A DNA stretch of 64,000 bases. It comes from Actinomycetota bacterium. GTDB lineage: Bacteria > Actinomycetota > Thermoleophilia > Gaiellales > F1-60-MAGs149. The DNA is taken from NCBI GenBank assembly GCA_009885805.1, contig VFJZ01000035.1:10107-74106 (forward strand). The letters run 5' to 3'. The notes beneath the pieces are model-generated. The model was not told the DNA's origin and did not search any database. It saw nothing but the letters and a program-made list of their open reading frames with translations. The number at the start of each line of letters is the position of its first letter. Position 1 is the stretch's first letter. Positions 27,109-35,153 of the stretch are shown here, piece after piece. Both the position numbers and the translations under genes were made by a program.

Positions 27109-28710
27109 GTGTCCGCGCTCTACCGGAAGTACCGCCCGCAGGACTTCGACGAGGTCGTCGGGCAGCAGCACATCGTCCGGACGCTGCGCAACGCGGTCGA
27201 GTCGGGCCGGGTTCGACACGCCTACCTGTTCGCGGGCCCGCGCGGGACGGGCAAGACGTCCCTCGCGAAGATCCTCGCGAAGTCCCTGAACTGCCTCGAG
27301 GCCGACGGCCCGACCACGACGCCGTGTCGTCACTGCGAGTCATGCCGATCGATCCACGACGCGACCGCGCTCGACGTGATCGAGCTGGACGCCGCGTCCA
27401 ACCGCGGCATCGACGACATCAGGGAGATCCGCGAGCGCGTCGGCATGCAGCCGGCGATCGGACGCCGCAAGGTCTACATCCTGGACGAGGCGCACTCGCT
27501 GACCACCGATGCCTCGAACGCGCTTCTGAAGACGCTGGAGGAGCCGCCGAACCACGTCGTCTTCGTCCTCTGCACGACGGAGCCGCACCGCCTCCTCGAC
27601 ACGATCAAGGGGCGCTGCCAGGCGTTCACCTTCGCGAGGCCGACGGTCGAGGAGATCGTCTCCGTCCTCGCGCGCGTCGCCACGGCGGAGGCGATCACTG
27701 CCGATGACGAGGCCCTCGCCGTGATCGCCCGCAGCGCCCGTGGCTCGTTCCGCGACGCCGTCTCCCAGCTCGACCAGCTCGCGACGGCCTGCGCCGGTCA
27801 GATCGGGGCCGAGGAGGCGCGATCGCTGCTCGGCATCGTCGACGAACGCGTGCTCGTCGAGATCGTGGACAGCGTCGGCGCGGGCGACGCGCGCGCGGCG
27901 CTGCTCGCCGTCGACGCCCTCGCGAGCGGCGGGCAGGACGTCGGGCAGCTCGTCGGCGATCTCCTCGGGCACCTCCGCCTCGTCCTCGTGACCCGCGAGT
28001 GCGGCGAGGTGCCGGCATCGGCGCCACTCGGCGGCGAGGGCCGCAGGGCGCTGGCCGATCAGGCTGGGCGGACGGACGAGCGGCTCGTCGTCACGCTCCT
28101 CGATGGTCTACTGCGCGTACTCGACGAGCTCCGCGACGGCGGCGATCCGCGCCTGCCGCTCGAGCTCGAACTGGTGCGCGCCGCCCGGCCGTCCGCCGAC
28201 CGCGCAACCGACGCCATCCTGCGCCGTCTGGACGCGCTCGAAGCCGGCGGCGCACGACCAGCGGCGCCGGCGATCACCGTTCCCGACGTGGAGCCGCCCG
28301 CGCCCGCACCGCCAGCGGTCGGCGACCTCGCCCGCACCTGGCGCCAGGCGATCTTACCCCTGGTCGCCGAACGGCGGCCGTCGCTCGCTCCGAACCTCGA
28401 GCAGGCTCAGCCGGTGCGAGAGGGCGACGTCCTGCGGCTGCGCTTTCCGGCGAGCGCGCAGTTCATGCGGTCCTTCGCGGACACCGACGCGAATCGCGCG
28501 GCGGTCGCCGATGCGGCGGCGGCGGTGCTCGGCGAACGACTGCGCGTGGTCCTCGAGACGGCGGCCGACGAGCCCGCCGTGCCGGCGCCTGCGCCACCGG
28601 TGCCGGCGCTCGTCGACGAGACACCGGCCAGCGACGACGAGGTGGAGGCGGCGCTGGTCCGAAGCTTCGCCGACGCGTTCGACGCCCACGAGATCGAGGA
28701 GGAACGGTGA
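27109..28710 (+). CDS. dnaX: DNA polymerase III subunit gamma/tau
   Basis: GTG 27109 (VSALYRKYRPQDFDEVVGQQH), Walker A GPRGTGKTS, zinc module CRHCESC, DEAH box ILDEAHSL; upstream part of the track ORF overlaps the SRP RNA. Confidence 0.9.
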   Translation: MSALYRKYRPQDFDEVVGQQHIVRTLRNAVESGRVRHAYLFAGPRGTGKTSLAKILAKSLNCLEADGPTTTPCRHCESCRSIHDATALDVIELDAASNRGIDDIREIRERVGMQPAIGRRKVYILDEAHSLTTDASNALLKTLEEPPNHVVFVLCTTEPHRLLDTIKGRCQAFTFARPTVEEIVSVLARVATAEAITADDEALAVIARSARGSFRDAVSQLDQLATACAGQIGAEEARSLLGIVDERVLVEIVDSVGAGDARAALLAVDALASGGQDVGQLVGDLLGHLRLVLVTRECGEVPASAPLGGEGRRALADQAGRTDERLVVTLLDGLLRVLDELRDGGDPRLPLELELVRAARPSADRATDAILRRLDALEAGGARPAAPAITVPDVEPPAPAPPAVGDLARTWRQAILPLVAERRPSLAPNLEQAQPVREGDVLRLRFPASAQFMRSFADTDANRAAVADAAAAVLGERLRVVLETAADEPAVPAPAPPVPALVDETPASDDEVEAALVRSFADAFDAHEIEEER

Positions 28711-29042
28711 ACCAGCAGCAGCAGATGCTCCGCCAGGTCCAGCAGATGCAGACGGCGATGGCGCAGGCGCAGGCCGAGATCGCGGCGACGGAGGTCACGG
28801 GCAACGCCGGCGGCGGCATGGTGAGCGCCGTCGTCACGGGCGCCGGGGAGCTGAAGCGCGTCACCATCGACCCGGCCGCCGTCGACCCGGACGATGTCGA
28901 GATGCTGCAGGACCTGATCGTCGCGGCCGTCAACAGCGCCCGCCGCGAGGCTGACACGATCGCGCAGCAGAAGATGGGCGGCATCACCGGTGGCCTCGGC
29001 GCGCTGATGGGCGGCATGGGCCTCAACATGCCGGGGCTCTAG
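28707..29042 (+). CDS. ybaB: Nucleoid-associated protein YbaB/EbfC
   Basis: GTG 28707 overlaps the dnaX stop (GTGA); MLRQVQQMQTAMAQAQAEIA...GGGMVSAVVTGAGELKRVTIDP..VDPDDVEMLQDLIVAAVN. Confidence 0.9.
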   Translation: MNQQQQMLRQVQQMQTAMAQAQAEIAATEVTGNAGGGMVSAVVTGAGELKRVTIDPAAVDPDDVEMLQDLIVAAVNSARREADTIAQQKMGGITGGLGALMGGMGLNMPGL

Positions 29043-29049
29043 AGCGCGA

Positions 29050-29640
29050 ATGCTGCCCCCCGCGGCAGAGCGACTGGTGGCCGAACTGGAGCGCCTGCCC
29101 GGCGTCGGCCGCCGCACCGCGCAGCGTCTCGCATTTCATCTTCTCCGCGTCCCGGAGTCCGAGGCGCTCAACCTCGCGACGGCGATCACGGTCGTCCGCG
29201 AGCGCATCGGCTTCTGTCAGGAGTGCTTCTCCCTCGCCGAGGGAGATCTCTGCACAACCTGCGCCGACCCTCGCCGCGACACGACGATGATCTGCGTCGT
29301 CGAGACGCCGTCCGACGTGATCCCGATCGAGCGGACCGCCTCCTATCGCGGCCGCTACCACGTCCTCGGGGGCGCCCTGTCGCCGATCGACGGCGTCGAC
29401 CCCGACGATCTGCGCATCGCGGAACTGGTGCGCCGCGTCGAGCGGGGTGGCGTCGATGAGGTGATCCTGGCGACGAACCCGACGATGACGGGCGAGGCGA
29501 CGGCATCGTTCGTTGCCGGCCTGCTCCGTCCCCACGCCCGCGTCACGCGTCTCGCCAGCGGCCTGCCCGTTGGCGCTGACCTCGAGTTCGCGGACGAAGT
29601 GACGCTCGGCCGAGCTCTGGCCGGGCGGCGCGATCTCTGA
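29050..29640 (+). CDS. recR: Recombination protein RecR
   Basis: LPGVGRRTAQRLAFHLL helix-hairpin-helix, C4 zinc finger CQECFSL..CTTC, Toprim VVETPSDV...ATNPTMTGEAT. Confidence 0.95.
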   Translation: MLPPAAERLVAELERLPGVGRRTAQRLAFHLLRVPESEALNLATAITVVRERIGFCQECFSLAEGDLCTTCADPRRDTTMICVVETPSDVIPIERTASYRGRYHVLGGALSPIDGVDPDDLRIAELVRRVERGGVDEVILATNPTMTGEATASFVAGLLRPHARVTRLASGLPVGADLEFADEVTLGRALAGRRDL

Positions 29641-29665
29641 AACGCTGGGGCACAATGCGCCCAGG

Positions 29666-30922
29666 ATGGCGCGCCTCGAGCCCGCGTACGACACGGTTGT
29701 GATGAAGTTCGGCGGCTCGTCGGTTGCCGACGCGGAGCTGGTGAAGGGCGTCGCCCGTCGCCTTGTCGCCGCGAAGGAACGCGGCCTCCGTGTGGTCGGC
29801 ACGGTGTCTGCGATGGGAAAGACGACGGACGGCCTGATCGCGCTCGCGAGCGAGGTCTCCCCCGCGCCCAACCCGCGTGAGATGGACATGCTGCTGTCGA
29901 CCGGCGAGCGCATCTCGTGCGCGTTGGTGGCGATGGCGATCTACGATCTCGGGCACGAGGCGGTCTCGCTGACGGGCTCGCAGGCCGGCATCGAAACCGA
30001 CGGATCGCACACGAAGGCGAAGATCCAGAGCATCAATCCGTACCGGGTCGTGGCCGCGCTCGATGCCTCGAAGATCGTGCTGGTGGCCGGGTTCCAGGGC
30101 GTCTCGGCATCGACGAAGGACGTCACGACGCTAGGCCGCGGCGGTACCGACGCCACCGCCGTCGCCCTCGCGGCGGCCCTCGGCGCGGCGTGCGAGATCT
30201 ACTCGGACGTCCCGGGCGTCTTCACGTCGGACCCGCGGATCGTGCCCGACGCACGGAAGCTCGCACGCGTTTCGTACGAGGAGATGCTCGAGATGTCCGC
30301 ATCGGGCGCGAAGGTGCTGATGTTGCGTTCGGTCGAACTCGCCCGCAACCACGGTGTGCGCATCCACGCCCGCTCGACGTTCTCGGACGAGCCCGGAACC
30401 TGGATCGGAGAGGAAGGAATGGAGAACGCGATCATCTCGTCGGTCACGCACAATGAGAAGGAGGTCGTGTTCACCCTGACCGGCATTCCCGATCGGCCCG
30501 GCGCGGCCGCGACCGTGTTCGACGCCGTCGCCGCCGAGCACGTGAACGTCGACACGATCATCCAGAACACCGTCCACCAGGTCGCCGAGCTGTCGTTCTC
30601 CGTGCCCTCGGAAGACGTGCTGGCGACCCGGCGCGGCATCGAGCAGGCGATCCAGACCCTCGGCCCGATGACGGTCGAGGAGGACCACGATCTCGCGAAG
30701 GTCTCGCTGATCGGGGCCGGAATGCGGTCGCACCCCGGGATCGCGGCGCGGATGTTCCGGACGCTCGCCGACCACGAGATCAACCTGCGGATGATCTCGA
30801 CGTCGCCGATCAAGATCTCCTGCATGATCGCAAAGAGCGAGATCGGCACCGCGGTCACAGCGCTCCACGCCGCCTTCCAGCTCGACCAGGAGCCGCTCGA
30901 GGAGGAAGCGGTCCGTGCCTAG
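29666..30922 (+). CDS. lysC: Aspartate kinase (alpha subunit reading frame)
   Basis: VVMKFGGSSV, SAMGKTTD, GRGGTDATAVALAAAL, two C-terminal ACT domains. Confidence 0.95.
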   Translation: MARLEPAYDTVVMKFGGSSVADAELVKGVARRLVAAKERGLRVVGTVSAMGKTTDGLIALASEVSPAPNPREMDMLLSTGERISCALVAMAIYDLGHEAVSLTGSQAGIETDGSHTKAKIQSINPYRVVAALDASKIVLVAGFQGVSASTKDVTTLGRGGTDATAVALAAALGAACEIYSDVPGVFTSDPRIVPDARKLARVSYEEMLEMSASGAKVLMLRSVELARNHGVRIHARSTFSDEPGTWIGEEGMENAIISSVTHNEKEVVFTLTGIPDRPGAAATVFDAVAAEHVNVDTIIQNTVHQVAELSFSVPSEDVLATRRGIEQAIQTLGPMTVEEDHDLAKVSLIGAGMRSHPGIAARMFRTLADHEINLRMISTSPIKISCMIAKSEIGTAVTALHAAFQLDQEPLEEEAVRA

Positions 30923-31934
30923 GATCGCCATCCTGGGCGCGACGGGAGCCGTCGGCAGCGTCCTTCGCGAGGTACTCGCCGAGCGCGGTTTCGAAGCCGC
31001 CGACCTCCGTTGTCTGGCATCACCGCGCAGCGCGGGCACTCGCGTGGCGTACGGCGATGACGAGATCGAGGTTGCGGCGGTCTCGGCGGACGCCTTCGCT
31101 GGCATCGACATCGCGATCTTCTCGGCGGGCGCCGCGCGGTCCCGCGAGTGGGCGCCGATCGCGATCGAGCGGGGCGCCGTCGTCGTCGACAACTCGTCCG
31201 CGTTCCGGATGCTGCCCGACGTCCCGCTCGTCGTCGCCGACGTCAACCCGCACGCCGTACGGACGCACCGCGGATTGATCGCCAACCCGAACTGCTCGAC
31301 GATGGGGCTCGCGCCGGTCCTGAAGGCGGTCCTCGACGCGGCGGGCCTCGAACGCGTGACGGTCGCGACGTACCAGGCGGTCTCGGGCACCGGCCAGGCC
31401 GCGGTCGACGGGCTCCTGCGGGAGACGAGCCGCGCCCTGGCTGGCGATCCGGCCAGGGCCGAGGTGTACCCGCAGCCGATCGCCTTCAACGTCCTGCCCG
31501 TAGCGGGCTCGTTCAGCGGCGATGACGGCTACACGGACGAGGAACTGAAGCTCGTCCACGAATCACGCAAGATCCTCGAGTTGCCTGACCTCCGCGTGTC
31601 GGTGGCCTGTGTTCGCGTGCCGGTCGTCACCGGTCACTCCGAGGCGGTGTGGGTCGAGACCCGCGACCCGCTCTCCCCGGACGACCTGCGCGATCTGCTG
31701 CTCGACCGACCTGGCATCATCGTGCTCGACGACCCGGCTGACTACTCGTACCCGACGGCACTCGCCGCGGCTGGCTCGGACGACGTCTATGTCGGTCGTA
31801 TCCGCCGCGACCTCGGCTGTGAGAACGGCCTCGCGTTCTGGGTCGTCTCGGACAACCTCCGCAAGGGCGCTGCGACGAACGCCGTGCAGATCGCGGAACT
31901 GCTCGTGCGCGATGGTCTTCGCGCGACCCGCTGA
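30915..31934 (+). CDS. asd: Aspartate-semialdehyde dehydrogenase
   Basis: IAILGATGAVG, IANPNCSTM active-site Cys motif, SDNLRKGAATNAVQIAE; overlaps the lysC stop by 8 nt. Confidence 0.95.
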   Translation: MPRIAILGATGAVGSVLREVLAERGFEAADLRCLASPRSAGTRVAYGDDEIEVAAVSADAFAGIDIAIFSAGAARSREWAPIAIERGAVVVDNSSAFRMLPDVPLVVADVNPHAVRTHRGLIANPNCSTMGLAPVLKAVLDAAGLERVTVATYQAVSGTGQAAVDGLLRETSRALAGDPARAEVYPQPIAFNVLPVAGSFSGDDGYTDEELKLVHESRKILELPDLRVSVACVRVPVVTGHSEAVWVETRDPLSPDDLRDLLLDRPGIIVLDDPADYSYPTALAAAGSDDVYVGRIRRDLGCENGLAFWVVSDNLRKGAATNAVQIAELLVRDGLRATR

Positions 31935-32027
31935 GTACGGAGGGGCCGCAGGCGCCATACGCGCCGGCTCCGATTCGGAGCACCGGCCGGCGACGTACGG
32001 TGGAGGCATGAAACGAGGAGGCGTCCG

Positions 32028-32165
32028 ATGATGTCGAACTTCCACGACGTGAGCGGCTGGGACTGGCTGTGGATGGCGTTGATGATGTCGGCCTGGATCA
32101 TCCTCGCCGTGGTCTTCGTCGTGCTGCTGCGGCGAAACGACCCGCCGCGGCCACCGGCCAGTTAG
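32028..32165 (+). CDS. Small (45 aa) Trp-rich single-TM membrane protein, hypothetical
   Basis: Strong RBS aggagg 7 nt upstream of ATGATG; MMSNFHDVSGWDWLWMALMMSAWIILAVVFVVLLRRNDPPRPPAS; below the ORF-track length cut-off. Confidence 0.45.
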   Translation: MMSNFHDVSGWDWLWMALMMSAWIILAVVFVVLLRRNDPPRPPAS

Positions 32166-32809
32166 CCGGCGGCAGCCGGCGCCCCCGATGCGCGCCACCC
32201 GCGCACCGTCGCAACGGCCCGATCGAGCACCGACTCGTCCTCGCTGACCGGCACGATCCCACCGACCTCCAACCGCATCAGTTCGACGCGTCCGGCCGTA
32301 CGGACGGTCGCGAACCCGAAGTCAGCCAGGAAGTCCCGCGGGAAGATCGTGCGGTGCCGCAGGAAGCGGGCGCCGAACTCCTCGCCGTCCTCGTAGCGAT
32401 AGGCAAAGGCCTCGATCGCGTCGTGCCCGGCGTCACGCACCTCACCGACGCAGGCCAGTACCAGACTCTGCAGCGCCCACGGCGAGCCGACCTCGACCAG
32501 GAACGAGCACGTGATCAGTACGGCGTCCGCGCTCGGGGGCCCAGCGGGCAGGTCGTTGGCCCGCTCGAACGCCGTCGCGGGTCCGTACTGGAGGAACGCG
32601 ACCAGGCGTCCTCCCTCCAGGTAGAGCTTGCCCCAGGGCCCGAATCCCTCCTGCACGTCCTCCATCCAGCGGCGCTTGTCCTGAGATCGACCGCCGGGCC
32701 GTGTCTGCCACCAGACGCAGCCGACGCAGCACTGCGGGGCGTCGGCGATCGTCGCGCCCGTCAGATGGGCAACGCGGACCTGCGATGCTCGTGGCTCGAG
32801 ACGCGCCAT
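32162..32809 (-). CDS. Conserved hypothetical protein (possibly GNAT-like fold; function not assignable)
   Basis: 215-aa ORF with good GC3 bias; CCVGC motif near the N-terminus; no firm family motif recognised. Confidence 0.6.
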   Translation of the reverse strand: MARLEPRASQVRVAHLTGATIADAPQCCVGCVWWQTRPGGRSQDKRRWMEDVQEGFGPWGKLYLEGGRLVAFLQYGPATAFERANDLPAGPPSADAVLITCSFLVEVGSPWALQSLVLACVGEVRDAGHDAIEAFAYRYEDGEEFGARFLRHRTIFPRDFLADFGFATVRTAGRVELMRLEVGGIVPVSEDESVLDRAVATVRGWRASGAPAAAG

Positions 32810-32818
32810 GGCGGGAGT

Positions 32819-33694
32819 CTACGTCGCCACGAGTCGCAGGACGGTGACCTCCGGCCGAGCCGCGAAGCGGATCGGGACGAACGTCGTGCCCAGACCTCGC
32901 GACACGTGCATCGTCGTGCCGTCGCGGTGGTACACGCCCTCGAGGTACTCGCGCGATCGGTGCGCGAGGCGCACCTTGCCGCCGGGGTAGGGGACGCAGA
33001 TCTGGCCGCCGTGGAGGTGCCCCGTCAGGACGAGATCCCACTCGCCAACCCGCAGCCGATCGAGGACTGGCGGGAAGTGGCAGACGAGAATGCGCAGGTC
33101 GGCATCGCCGACAAGGTCGGCGCCACGCTCGTCCGCGGTCGCCTCGAATGTCCGCGGCGCGACTCCGCCGACGCGGACGCGTGCGCCGCGGCGCGTCACC
33201 TCGACGGCCGTATCGGCCAGCAGCCGGACCGGCGTCCCGTCGAGATCGCTCAGGGCGTGGCCGTCCGCGAACGGATCGTGCCCGTCGGCGTAGTCGTGGT
33301 TACCGAGCACGGCGAACGCGCCGAGCGGCGCGACGAGCCGTTCGAGACCGGCCCTGAGAGCGACGTCGCCGCGCCGGCGCGCGCGAAGATCGCCGCTGAT
33401 GCAGACGAGATCCGGCTGCTCGGCTACGACCAGGTCGACGCCGGTGGCGAAGGCCCGGCCGTTGCGACCGGGCGCGCCCAGGTGTAGGTCCGACAGGTGG
33501 GCGATACGGAACCCGACGAGGTCCGGATGCAGGCCTGACACGGGGACGTCACGGCGTACGAGCCGCACCCAGGCCGCCTCATGGAGCCCCCACGCACCGG
33601 CCGCGACGGCGGCAGCGGCGGCCAGTCTCCGACCTGAGCGCAAGCATTCCCTTTCGTTCGATGGAGTGGTAAGGTCTGCCCCGCACGGGCCCAC
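32819..33694 (-). CDS. Membrane-associated metallophosphoesterase (YkuE-like)
   Basis: HLSDLHLG, ISGDL, LGNHDY, TGHLHGGQI metallophosphatase motifs; N-terminal hydrophobic segment. Confidence 0.8.
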   Translation of the reverse strand: MGPCGADLTTPSNERECLRSGRRLAAAAAVAAGAWGLHEAAWVRLVRRDVPVSGLHPDLVGFRIAHLSDLHLGAPGRNGRAFATGVDLVVAEQPDLVCISGDLRARRRGDVALRAGLERLVAPLGAFAVLGNHDYADGHDPFADGHALSDLDGTPVRLLADTAVEVTRRGARVRVGGVAPRTFEATADERGADLVGDADLRILVCHFPPVLDRLRVGEWDLVLTGHLHGGQICVPYPGGKVRLAHRSREYLEGVYHRDGTTMHVSRGLGTTFVPIRFAARPEVTVLRLVAT

Positions 33695-33826
33695 CCACCG
33701 AAGCGTAACGCCGCCAGTGGCGCCGCGACGAAGGGCCCAGAGTCTTGGCAGCCCCCCGCTGCTGAGGCCCAGCCGGGTGCGGGCGGCTACTTCCGTCGCA
33801 GGCCGCCCCCCGGCTGGCGTGTGGCC

Positions 33827-34333
33827 TCACCGGCCCGGGAAGGCGCGCGCGAACCCGCACGCACCCCAGAGGCCGCGCCGCGCCCGCCGTGCCTCGGCAA
33901 CGAGGCGCGCAAGGGGCACGGCCGCGTGGTCGTTGGGCGCGATCGCGAGCGTCCGGGCGAAGCCCCGCTCGGCAACGACCGACGCGAGATCGCGACCGGC
34001 GAGTGGCCCGTCGCTCGGCCGCACGTCGGCGAGGAGTCGTCCGAAACGGTCGCGCGGCTCGGCCCCGACGACGAGTTCGACGCGACGCCCGCCCACGGCT
34101 GCTCTGACGAACCGCGCAGCCTCGGCGCCGTAACAGGCGGCAGGCTCGTCACCGTGGGCGATCTCGGGCGTGTCGATCCCGATCACGCGGACGTGTTCGG
34201 AGTCGACCACGATCGTGTCGCCGTCGATCACCTCGCTGACGACGCCGTCGGCCGAGGGATCGTCGAGCGCGCCGCCCGCGACGTACCCACCGGCCACCAC
34301 GGCGATCAGCAGGGCGAGAAGCAGCCAGCGCAC
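33827..34333 (-). CDS. Thermonuclease (SNase-like) family protein, N-terminally membrane-anchored
   Basis: MRWLLLALLIAVVAGGYV anchor; VIDGDTIVV...VRVIGIDTPE...DRFGRLLADV SNase motifs. Confidence 0.8.
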   Translation of the reverse strand: MRWLLLALLIAVVAGGYVAGGALDDPSADGVVSEVIDGDTIVVDSEHVRVIGIDTPEIAHGDEPAACYGAEAARFVRAAVGGRRVELVVGAEPRDRFGRLLADVRPSDGPLAGRDLASVVAERGFARTLAIAPNDHAAVPLARLVAEARRARRGLWGACGFARAFPGR

Positions 34334-34379
34334 GACGACACGCTACATCGAGCGCCGCGCGACGTTGACGCACCGACGG

Positions 34380-35108
34380 TCACGCAGGGCGCGCGGAGTC
34401 GATCAGATCGAACAGCTTCAGCGCCGAGCGGCCGACGCCACCGACGCTACGGAAGTCCTCGACCGCCGCAACGGCGGCGCCGATGCCGAGCGGCAGCAGG
34501 CGGCCGGCCAGGACAGCGGCCCGGCGGCGGACGACCTTTGCGATCACACGATCGGCAAGCGCGCGGTTGATCCGGCCGACGACGGCGTCCGGCAGCGCGT
34601 CAAGCGTCGCGACGTCGAGTCGGTCCGGGCCGGCGCGGAGGGAGCCGTCGGAGCCGCGGCGCACGGCGCCGCGATGCAGGCCGATGGCGAGGAGGACGTC
34701 CAGTCGGCGAGCCTCGATGTCCTCGAGATCACGCCCGCGCAGGTGCGCAAGCGCCAGGACGAGCGACACCTCGGCATAGGTGATCAGGGCCGCGTCAGCG
34801 AGTGCGGCAGCGACCTCCACCGCGGTGCCGACGCCGACGATGACCGAGGGGAGGCCCGTCGCAAACCCCGTCGCGCCGCCGCGGCGCGCCCGGTCACGAA
34901 CGAGGGCCCGGGCGAGCGCGGCGGCGTCGAGGTCCGGGTGCCGGAGGCGGAACACGTCGGCGTCCGCTGCGATCGACACTCCGCGCGTCCGCACCACCGA
35001 GTCGATCACGTCGCGCGTGATGACGCCGAGCCGCGCTGCCGCCTCATCGATCAGCGGCGCGGCCGCGCGGCCGCCCACCCGCTTCGCGATGCCCGTGCCG
35101 ACGCCCAC
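34380..35108 (-). CDS. Hypothetical protein, tentatively EcsC-like
   Basis: C-terminal 242 aa of track ORF 34380..35654 with the start moved to GTG 35108; GFATGLPSVIVGVGTAVEVAAALADAALITYAEVSLVLALAHLRG resembles the EcsC-family core by eye only. Confidence 0.55.
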   Translation of the reverse strand: MGVGTGIAKRVGGRAAAPLIDEAAARLGVITRDVIDSVVRTRGVSIAADADVFRLRHPDLDAAALARALVRDRARRGGATGFATGLPSVIVGVGTAVEVAAALADAALITYAEVSLVLALAHLRGRDLEDIEARRLDVLLAIGLHRGAVRRGSDGSLRAGPDRLDVATLDALPDAVVGRINRALADRVIAKVVRRRAAVLAGRLLPLGIGAAVAAVEDFRSVGGVGRSALKLFDLIDSARPA

Positions 35109-35153
35109 ACGCGGAAGGGTACCCGCTCGGCCGATTCGGATACGGTTCGAGCC

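Noticed and set aside
26889-27707. Track ORFs 26889..27707, 26927..27289 and the 5' part of 26968..28710 as protein genes.
   Set aside because: They overlap the SRP RNA and the REP hairpin. Recognisable DnaX sequence begins only at GTG 27109 (VSALYRKYRP...).
27109-28710. Programmed ribosomal frameshift in dnaX producing a gamma subunit.
   Set aside because: I saw no A-rich slippery heptamer of the E. coli type in this GC-rich gene, and I cannot support the claim from sequence alone.
34170-35153. N-terminal 328-aa extension of track ORF 34170..37457, which would give a 1095-aa protein.
   Set aside because: This part is Arg/Ser/Thr-rich junk lying antisense to the thermonuclease 3' region and the EcsC-like gene. 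Sensible sequence and an ATG begin at 35154.
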